A DNA stretch of 64,000 bases from positions 52,142,001-52,206,000 of the forward strand of contig NC_043012.1 of assembly GCF_006345805.1 (NCBI RefSeq). The letters run 5' to 3'. The position numbers were made by a program, and so were the translations under genes. Below, piece after piece: positions 27,000 to 37,792 of this stretch; positions within the stretch are counted from its first letter, which is position 1; each line of letters begins with the position of its first letter. The notes beneath the pieces were generated by a model. The model was not told where the DNA came from, made no database searches, and saw nothing but the letters and a program-made list of their open reading frames with translations. This DNA comes from Octopus sinensis. Lineage: Eukaryota.

Positions 27000-29108
27000 A
27001 TTATTACGCTATAATTTCTTAAAATCTATAAATGTACCAGTAACATTACATTTATTCAAAACAATGATTCTTTAAAACGAATTTCCATCGTCCCTATCAA
27101 CGTTCTGGTCTTTCTGTCTGATCCAGATAGTGACCTATATAACGAGTTTCTGAATGCAAAAGTGAATAATATTTAACCAGCAAATGGACCCGTCCTTTGG
27201 ACAGTTTAAGTTGCTCTGGTAATACTTTTTTCACTTTGTTCCACGTGCCACCTGAGCTCAGAGTTCCATTTCCTCAGTGGTATCTCAGCGTTGTTGACAG
27301 GAAGAATAGAACCTATCAAATGATAGGTTTGGCCCTGACTTTTGAACGTTGGCATATAGGAGTCTTCATGAATGGGTTTGAGTCCGAAACTTGTCATCTG
27401 GAAGGCAGTGTTATAAGTGTGAATTTTCTGTATAAAATTGCTGCGAATCAGGGTGTTGACCAAGGAATATAGAGACATAAGTCTGCGGAGCATTTTGCAG
27501 ATCAGGCAAGCAAACCTTTCCGTTTGAACAACATAGGCCACTGGATTCTCCAACCCACTTGAGGGCCTTGAAAAGTGGATATATTACAGGCATATCCCCT
27601 GTAACAATCTCTCAAAGAGTGGCGTAATCCTCGGTAGGATCATATTTGAGAACCTTTCATGCCCATCGACTACTCGATGACTTCGAATAGCCATGAGCAA
27701 GAGCCTTCCGATGAATATTAGACTGAAGTCTCATGACACGACGGTTATCGGCATCTGCCAACCTCGAGGCAGAAGTGGGTGAAGCGTTGCATGCCCGATA
27801 GCACTCTCTTCTAGGTCTTCTTCGGCCCTTGTGGCAGGAGTGGATGCAGCGTTGCGTACCCGACGGATAGCAGTCTTTTGAGGGGTTTCTGCGACCATTA
27901 CGTCAGCAGCACGCAATCCATATGTATCACGCTGCTCTGGAGCTGCTGCAGTTCTCGCAGCGGCAGCTTTCGCATCAGTCTACAGGTCCTCACTTTCCTT
28001 AACTTGCCAGCGCTGTTGCTTTGCCGTTGCAGAAGACATTCTGTCAATGCGTGCTCTGTTTTAAGGTGGCCTGCTTGTATTATCTGGAAAAGGAAAGCGG
28101 GTTTAGCATACCAAGTGATTATCGATTCTATTACAAGCTAACAAAAGCCCTTTTATTTTGTCTTCCCACATAGCCAGCGCATAAAGTGAAATTGGTATGG
28201 AGCCTTCTGAAAGATACGAATAGCTTTCGCTACTGGTAGCAAAACTCATATTTACAGGTTGATTCTTTGGAACAAATCATATGTGATTTTATAACACGTA
28301 TTTGAAACAATGGACAACAGCCAAAATATCATAATGGATGGGTAAATAGGCATCCTTAAAGTGAAGCACCGCATTAGTAGGTAAACAAATGTATTAACAA
28401 ATAGAAGAGAGGAAATATTCAGTAACTCAAAATAGGTAAAGGTAAGTTTACCAAAGTTTAATGCCACATAAGTATGGAGATTAAGATTGTTTGGTATTGG
28501 ATATTCATCGCGTACATTGTTCCTGGTCAATTTAATCACAGTCAAAAAATTCTCAAATATCAATATACGACGATATTCAATATTATATTTCAATGTACTT
28601 GAAAAAGTATGGAAGGTCCTACATACAAAAAAATATGTACATACAATGAATTATGAAAATCTTTTAACTTGACATAAACATTTATTTACATGAAAGAAAA
28701 TTACCGGAAACATAACATGCTGTGCTAAAAATATCAGCCAGATATGATTTTTTTTTTATAAATCTTTTAAATTAACATAAATATTTATTTACCTGAAGAG
28801 AAAATGACAGCTTCCAAATTGCTGTTTTGGGACTTGGTCACCGCGCAGGTGGACAGTCGAAGTAAACATATAGACACAATCCTTTCACTTTTATAAAAAG
28901 ATTCAAAACGTACGAAAGACCCTACATACAAAAAATACTGTCCATTTACGTCCAATTACGCAGGAGTTCTGGGGAAAATGTAATGCATGACCATCCTTGG
29001 GACCTAATCAATGTGTGTGTAAAGTTTGGTGAAAATCGGTTGAGAATTGTGGAAATGTATGCTTTAGTCATTATACCACACATGCAGTGACTTATATATA
29101 CTAGTTGA
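27000..29108 (-). mobile_element. Helitron fragment: 5' region and N-terminal part of Rep/helicase, 3'-truncated
   Basis: KWVGESSGLCCSNGKVCLP (ORF 27411-27593) and IHTYNTAFQMTSFG..IHEDSYMPTFKSQGQTYHLIGSILP (ORF 27206-27553) are typical Helitron Rep N-terminal motifs. An A/E/R-rich leader lies upstream (27731-28070). Candidate A|TC 5' terminus at 29108. No CTAG+hairpin 3' end found. Confidence 0.85.
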
Positions 29109-30014
29109 TATGGTAACATACATTGCTGGTTCAACTCACTGGATGCTCACTACTTCTTTATAACCAGTGTACAAAATATATGCGTCCTGAATATCCAATG
29201 AAGCAAGATTTATTAAAAATGGAAATTCTATTTAAGCCCCCTGGATTTTTCAGTGCCGTTGCTGCCATCAAAGGTATTGAAGAGATAAAACGAACAATTT
29301 GATAAACGTTGTGTCTTTCCTGAAAGCAATGAACTAAAGAAATGTAACCTCCTCGGCTACCGATAAACATTTTTGCAGTGATATATGAAACTATGACGTC
29401 TGACTAGGCAGACAAATACATCAATCATTTAATCCTCTTCCTTTATCGTATTAAAGGTAAACCGAACACTCATAATTTTATCATTCTTTAGCAATGGATT
29501 ATGTCCGCAAATATTTTGAATTCATGAACACAGTGACATAAAATGGCAGCATATAGGAGATGCCCTTGTCAGATAATCGACTCAAATTTATTTTACCATT
29601 ACAACGCACACAAGAGGAAATCACTCGACTCATTAATGAAACATAGATCAACTCTAAAGCCTTCTTCACACAGAAAGAAATTGGTCTGGTACAGCTTGAC
29701 TCTATAGAGGTTTTAATTTCATATGAAAATTGATTGCAGAATGGATTATATAGAATAGAATTCGTCAGATAATATAACAAGCAGAAGTTCACCAAGCAAT
29801 ATGCAGCACTGGTAATAATTATTTTGCTTTATAATAGCTTAGCTTTTTTTCCACACAAGAATAATCTCTATAGATGTCTGACAGAGAATCAGGACGTATA
29901 ATCATTTAAATTTTTCTCCGCCGACCAACTGAATCGGACTATATTTAGAGCTATGTTTTTTAAAGAATATTCATCAAATCCAAAAATAAAGACATATAAT
30001 TCATAAATAATTAT

Positions 30015-30155
30015 CACGGCTGTGTGGTAAGGAGCTTGCTTAACCAACTAGACGGTTCCAGGTTTAGTCACACTGTATGGTACCCTGGGAAAGTGTCTTC
30101 TAATATAGCCTTCTGAGGGGATTTGGCAGGCGTAAACTGAAAGAAGCCCGTCGTA
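30015..30155 (+). mobile_element. SINE 5' half (42128-type family)
   Basis: 'ggctgtgtggtaaggagcttgcttaaccaac...ggttccaggtttagtcac...aaactgaaagaagcccgtcgtat'. Confidence 0.85.
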
Positions 30156-30269
30156 TGTGTATTTATATACACGTTTGCAAAAACGAAAAGAAAACCAGCG
30201 TACGAACGAACGTATACCGGTAATATACTAGGTAATTTATACGCATTCGAATATATAATTAAGTGTGAA

Positions 30270-30306
<37 letters not shown>

Positions 30307-31470
30307 GTGTGTGTGTGTGTATGTATGTGTGTACATACATAGCAATATATATATATATATATATGTATATAAGAAATATTAACGAGTAACAAAGATGTAC
30401 TGGCGTGAATTTATAACGGCCGTTTAATTGAATAACGAAAACATTACATCATTGAAAAGAAACCGTTTTCGTCAGATGACAACATAGACGAGACAAATCA
30501 AGTGATTTAACATGTTCGTATCAACAACGGAGCTCAGGTATTTATGTTGATTCTGCTGTTATATCTTTGGCTGAATGAGTTTAGAAAAATAGTCAATGTA
30601 GTGTCGAATCTAGTAGAATTAGAATTCATAAATCTCACTGTATACTTTAATCTTATTTTACTTTATATTCTTTAGTTATATGAGATATTCATTATGAGAT
30701 TATAAGACTAAATTTACTTAAATCTTGTTACTGGATGTACTCCTATATATATTTAATACCTCTGATTTAGTACCGTATATATTAGATCTTATTTTTTTTA
30801 CTATATCCTATCTTTACCCACCCGTATATGACAGGAATGAGTTTAATATTTGTTTAATTGCATACTCTAAGTATTTATGTTATAAATTCATAATATATTT
30901 TACTAGGATATTCTATACATTACATTTATGAAAAGTCTTAATATTTCTCTTGTATCTTAAAGTATCGCTATATCAAAATTTTTAGGTGTAAATTCTGGCG
31001 TTAATATATATATTTAATCATATACTAATATAATATTATAAATATGTTAAGTTGCAATGAGCTCTTTCTCTTATTCTCTGGACTTATCTACCACCCCTAA
31101 TTTCTGATGCTTATTCAACATCATAGTTACAACATAATATTTATGTTGTAAATATATGTTGTAACTATGATGTGGTAACTATGATGTTGTACCAACAATA
31201 TGTCTTTGGCTATCTCCTTAACTTCTTGGAGATCTTAGATCAAATTACACTAATGTGTCCCTTTGGTCTAATTTAATTAAATTCTATGTCTTTGTGCAGC
31301 TGATGATTGCTCTACATTTTAAATTGATATAATGAAATGATTGCATTGTTCAATGAAAACGATCGTACTGAAAAGATCGTACTGCATTACCTCTGGGTAT
31401 TCTTGTTGCTTATTTTGATTTTATATATATATAGATATGTGTATGTATGTATATATGTATGTATATGTTT

Positions 31471-31668
31471 TTGTGTCTGTGTTTGTCCCCCACCATCGCT
31501 TGCCGACCGATGTTAGCGTGTTTACGTCCCTATAACTTAGCGATTCGACAAAAGAGACGATAGGATAAGTACAAGGCTTACAAAGAATAAGTCCTGGGTC
31601 AATTTCTCCGACTAAAGGTGGTGCTCCAGCATGGCCGCACTCAAGTAACTGAGACAAAAGAATAAAAG
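31471..31668 (+). mobile_element. SINE 3' half (42128-type family)
   Basis: 'gtgtttgtcccccaccatcgcttg...cttacaaagaataagtcctggg...ggtggtgctccagcatggccgca...aaaagaataaaag'. Confidence 0.85.
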
Positions 31669-32483
31669 AAAAACAGAAGTATCACCCATTCCCCACCAGG
31701 CATTCCTCCTTATTTTACCAACCCAAGCCTTACCCTCTGGCGTAGATAAAACTGGATATAAGGTTCCAGTACTTAGTCTAGTAGGTCATCATGATATTAA
31801 TTTATCGCCTTCGTCTGGATTACAAACACAGCTCTCAGAAGATTTAATTTTGGATGATTGAAGACTACGTTTCCCCCTTTTGTCTTCGAAGTGTAGGTAA
31901 CTACATTCAATTATTCCTACCTGAAATGTAACCACTACTAACCTCTAAATTCTAGTAGATTTGACACAACAGTGACTATTTTTCTACTCTCATTCTGCCA
32001 AAGATACAACAGCAGAATCAATGTAAATATTAGAGCTGCGTTGGTGAGACTAATATGATAAAACACTTGCTTTATTCTTTGTGTGTGAAATCTATGCAAT
32101 CATCTAACGAAAACGGTTTCTTTGCAATGATGTAATGTTTTCGTTAATCGATTAAAGGCGTCGCTTGAAACGGCCGTAATGAATTGACGCCTGTATATCT
32201 TTGTTACCCATTTATATTTTATTCCCCTTCCCTGGAATCTGCACTTCGGAAATTTAATAGAGAGTATTTTTGTATTTTTATATAATGTACATGTCTTAAC
32301 AACCAAGAGCGGGTCTCTGCATACACTGCCAGAATATCAAGGGCAAACACCTCTACACAGTTTGATAGTCACCTGATATTGTTTGGGCGTGAAAATTAGA
32401 TTGACCGAACAAGGTGCCTCAATTTATGTACTTAATTCGAGCAAATCTTAATTATATTTTATATATACTGTATAGATAAATAT

Positions 32484-33327
32484 AAATGCTCGTCCTAAAA
32501 TTTCACAATGAGATCAACGCAAAAATTGTACTAACAAGCAATAATCGTTGCCACATGAACATAGCTGTCCGTGCGAACGGATTTACTGCGAATTTTAAAC
32601 CCAAGATGATATCTTCCCTAGCTGGTTAACGATGCTCAGCTGCATCCGAGATATTGCGAGTAGAGAAGAGAACCCCTACCACCCTCTAGCGACGGGACAA
32701 GCAGACTAGATTGCTTTCGGGCTATTTCTGGCTCTCTTTAGTACTGAACACGCCGTCTGCTAGAGATGGCAGTAGCTCGCTTCTTCTTGAAAAATATATA
32801 TAATTTCAACACGACATACAGTCGCTGATTTTGCAACAAGCAAAACTGCCAGTTCTAAAATCTCACTAAGGGATCAACACAGTAGTTGTACTAAAAAGTA
32901 ATGTTAGTTGCCACTTCCAAATGGCTGTCCGGTCGAACGGACTTTACTGCGATGTTTTTGTACTATCATTACTTGTTAGTACAGCTTGCGCGTTGATCGT
33001 TTAGAGAGAGTTTAGTCCTAGCATTTTTGCTTGTTGCAAGTCGGGGACTGTATGGCTCTTGAAATTATATATATATATTGCGAGCAGAATCGAGCTTCTG
33101 CCGTCTATAGCAGACGAGGTGTCCTGTGCTGAAGAGAGAGAGAAACAGCCCAGAACCAGGCTGGTCTGCTGGGACCGTCGCTAGGGGGTAGGAAATCACT
33201 ACCTGCTCGCAAAATCTCGAATGTAGCTGAGAATCGTTAAGCAGCTGGAGAAAATTTCCTCTTGGGGTTAAAAAATCTCAGTAAAATCCGTTCGAACGGA
33301 CAGCCATGTTGAAGTGGCTACGATCAT
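32484..33327. repeat. Fold-back structure made of a ~360-bp unit in direct then inverted orientation
   Basis: The reverse complement of 32955-33327 aligns by eye to 32484-32870 (e.g. 'gctgtccgtgcgaacggatttactgcg' vs 'cagtaaaatccgttcgaacggacagc'). The unit restarts at ~32870 before the flip. Confidence 0.85.
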
Positions 33328-33339
33328 AATTTATATAAA

Positions 33340-33383
<44 letters not shown>

Positions 33384-33392
33384 TATATATAT

Positions 33393-33455
<63 letters not shown>

Positions 33456-36038
33456 CAAGTGGAGTTAGACTTTGTGAGATGGAGATGTATGTATATTGAT
33501 CAAGTGGATTTTCTGATCTTTAAGAAAGCAGAAGAGCCAGTTTTTATTCTGATTCATCATCGACTTCCAAAGATCCATTACACAAACAGTCGTTTTTCGC
33601 AAAATATATATACATATGCGTGTCTTTGTGTGTATGTGCGTTGCATATGTATGCATATGTACGTAAAGACTATATGCGCGCGCGTAAGTGTGTTTGTGTC
33701 TTCGTATGTCTACGTGTAAGCGTTTGTGTGCGAAATGTGCATCTGATATATTACTTCTAAGTATATGCTGTAAGCTATTTCATTTTCTATACAAGCTGGA
33801 TGTATAATCAGATATTATTTGTTAATGCTATGCATCAACTATAGTCGTATAGTTATTTTTGTATTATTTATCTACATGTTTGTATATTATCTTCCATCGT
33901 ATGAAACAGTTAATCGCCATTCAATGTTCGTTCTAATGCTTATTCGAAGAGATTCTCTATTGATCTGTTTAACTTACTGAAATGGATATCATCTAATTTG
34001 TCTAGTTATTTATTCATTTCTTCTTTACGGTCGATTTTATGATTCACCTATTCATGAGCCGATTAAATTAGTACCAGTTATTTACAACAATTCGTTCAAC
34101 AGACTAAAACTGTAAAACATGGTCTTATGATTACTGCAAATAAACCATTACTACACTTAACGTTATTAGGCAGGGTGGTAAAATTGCCAGTATTGGTACT
34201 ACTGCATCGAACGAAATAAAATGGTTCATATTTAACATCTCTTTTTATTCAGTATTTAAATATTTCCAAGGCGTCAAATGAGTTTTTTTCTGCTTTTTAA
34301 GGTTCAATTGATAAAGAATAAATCATTGATGGAAATGTGGGTGTAAATATAGAAAAATATATATATGATAAAGTTAATAATCCCAGCGACTATAACCATG
34401 TTAAACAAGTTGAAACCAATAGGCTGAGAATTAGTGAAGGTGGGATTCTTAAAATCTCTTATCTCACATATTATAGAAACCAAAATATGATCGATTGTGT
34501 ACAGGAACTATTTTCATCCTACGCACCCCACACCCAACACATTATATGAAGAATTCCTTTGAAGCTCCTGTTTCTAGTGACACTGCCTATTCTCATGTCC
34601 ATCACTAATCACTGTGACGAGCTATCAGGGCTCTTGATGTTGAACTAACAATCTCTGTTTCACTGGTGGTCAGCTTTTCTTAACATGCTCATTTTTAGGG
34701 GTTCAAGAAAATATTATGTCATTAAAAAACACAAAGCGCAACCACTGAGTGTCTGTCTTGATTACGATGAGAATAATGGTTGTCAGAATGGAGCAGGTAG
34801 GCAATGAGTCAAGGAACTGAGCGATTATCAAATTTACAGAATGCAAGATTTCGGAAGCAAAGTACTATAGGGTGGCTCTGAGCTGTTGAAGAAGTTGTGA
34901 ACATCACACCACATGTTACAAGTTGATATATAATATTCCAAAATATAACGCTACTCAAAACACATTATATAATACCTACATTAACATCATCTTTCACAAT
35001 AGTACTGAAAGATAATTAAACATCCCTTATTATTAAGGGCCTGCTTATCCTACATTACGGGTATGCCAGCCCATATACTAAAGATTTAGCAGTTACTTGC
35101 ATGCGCAGTGAATTAGGTAAGTATTTCAGTATGTTATTGAACTACTTATAATAACGTTAAGAGTAGTAGTGGGCTATTTTAAGTAATAATAAGATTATGA
35201 ATATGTTTCATAACTTTTTTCAAAAATGATCAAGCGTAAGATTCAGTGCTGTTGTCACTCTTACATGTCTCATATTTTACAAGATGTTGTGCAAGCTTGA
35301 AAGGTGAAGAAAAATGGAAAGCTAGCTGTAGGTTAGATATGGTTGAGGCTTAAGTAACCAAAACATTTAGAGTTTTAGGTCAACTGAATTCCGTTAACGT
35401 AAAACAACTTCAAAACTAAAAGGATCTAAAATTAGAGAATGTTGTCGTTATAGTAGTTCGATACATTTTAAGCGCATAACCTACTGGGGCTGGTAGACTT
35501 TCAGGTGTAAATCTGTAGGGGACTGAGGATATGTCGGAGGACAGGGAATGGAAAATGAAAGCAAAATAACAAAACAGAAAAGTTGGCAGAAACGCGTGTG
35601 TGAATATGCGCGTGTCTATATGTGTCTGTATATATTTATTTACAATTGTATACTTACGCATACGCACACACACACACCACACACACACACACACACATAC
35701 ATACATATATTCATACATACCATTACCTATGTAAGTTTCCCTGTGTGTAAGCAAATGGTGTCAAAGGCGTGAGACTGAAACGCAGCCTTCAATCATGCAT
35801 TGTCCCCAATCACATAAATGTCAAGAAACGTTTAGAAAGTGCAATAACGCTAAAAGCTTCAGTCTTTTAAGTGAAAATAACAAAGGAATAAACACTTACA
35901 TGCATACATAGATGTACATATCGTACACACACAAACACACACACACACACCACACACACACATATATATATAGTTAGATAGAGATATACATGCATACATG
36001 CACACTTATCTCACATACACATAGATATATATATATAC

Positions 36039-36069
<31 letters not shown>

Positions 36070-36246
36070 TGCGCAAATGTACATCCAACACAGACACAAA
36101 TGCACACACACAAACGCACACACACACATACACATATATATATAGTTAGAGAGAGACATACATGCATACATTCACACTTATCTCACATACACATACATGT
36201 ATATATATATGTATATATATATACACATATATATATATGTGAGTGA

Positions 36247-36281
<35 letters not shown>

Positions 36282-36300
36282 CATACATACATACATACAT

Positions 36301-36382
<82 letters not shown>

Positions 36383-36385
36383 GTA

Positions 36386-36433
<48 letters not shown>

Positions 36434-36673
36434 TGCGCAAAAGTACATCCAAACTGAGACAACAAAAATAACATTAATACCAATAAAAAAAACAGACATA
36501 GTTAGTTATCAGCAAGTAATATCAATAGAAGTTGATCTCAGAGGAAACTCTATGTCGTATCATGGTATACAAGAGTGAGACAGGATTTCTATTTTCATAA
36601 CTCTGCATGTACTAAACGTATACACGGGGATATACACAAAAATATACTTATGTATATACATATGTATATCTAT

Positions 36674-36710
<37 letters not shown>

Positions 36711-36712
36711 AT

Positions 36713-36823
<111 letters not shown>

Positions 36824-36929
36824 GTATGTATGGATGTATGTATATATGTATATATATATATGTACATACATATATATATATATATATGCACACACATACA
36901 CTCACACACACACACACACATATATATAT

Positions 36930-37290
36930 ATACGGAGATGTACTTGCATAGCAAGTAACCTGATCCGAGATCGTGTGGTGGAACGAAAACAATTGCAGCG
37001 AGGAAGGTGTTTATAAGCCATTTAAGAAACACTAAAACCGTTAGATTCACTTCAACATTTAAATTTAATTTGTCAAAATATTTTCGTCACTTTGAGACCG
37101 AGTCCTGTTCACTGACAAGATTTCGTGCAGCACCGAAACTTGTAAGTGAACCGGTCGCGGTCTCAAAGCGACAAGGATTGAAAATTAAAAATCCTTTCGA
37201 GAATTTATCCATAATTAGTGGTTTGAGTATTCTACTGCTGTTTCTAGCACAAGGCTTTCGTATTTGGAAGCCACTTAATGTGTTCTAATG
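36930..37290. repeat. Interspersed repeat containing a 43-bp-arm palindrome
   Basis: Arms 37086-37128 and 37130-37172 pair at 35/43 positions by my manual alignment. Family assignment is from recall only. Confidence 0.65.
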
Positions 37291-37409
37291 TACACGATAT
37301 TCTTATGTGAATTATATATTGTCTATTGACTATTTTTTTTTGTGCTAGGCCACTGGTAAAAATAATTTCTATAATTCTTATTACCCTAATATTATATATA
37401 TATATGTTC

Positions 37410-37615
37410 GTGTGTCTATGTTTGTCCCTCCACCATCGCTATATAACCGGTGTTGGTGTGTTTACGTCCACGTAACTTAGCGTTTCAGCAAAAGAGACCG
37501 ATAGAATAAGTACTAGGCTTGCAAAGAATAAGTCCTGGGATCGATTTGTTAGAGTAAAGACGGTGCTACACCATGACCACAGTCAAATGACTGAAATCAG
37601 TAACAGAATATAAGA
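37410..37615 (+). mobile_element. SINE 3' half (42128-type family)
   Basis: 'tgtttgtccctccaccatcgct...aaaagagaccgatagaataagtactaggcttgcaaagaataagtcctggg...gtcaaatgactgaaa'. Confidence 0.85.
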
Positions 37616-37760
37616 ATTAAAGAATATTTATGTGCGTGCATGTTTGGGTACGTGTGTGTGTGAATGTGTGTGCGTCTGTATTAAACTGATAATTTACCTC
37701 CTTTAGGTTTTTACAATTTTTTAAAATAAACGCGCTTTTGTGTGTCTGTGTGTCTGTGTG

Positions 37761-37792
<32 letters not shown>

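Noticed and set aside
37106-37152. Hammerhead ribozyme (CTGACAA...GAAAC..GTA)
   Set aside because: The motifs are by-products of the long palindrome (gttcactgacaag / cttgtaagtgaac), and the stem registers do not fit the hammerhead core.
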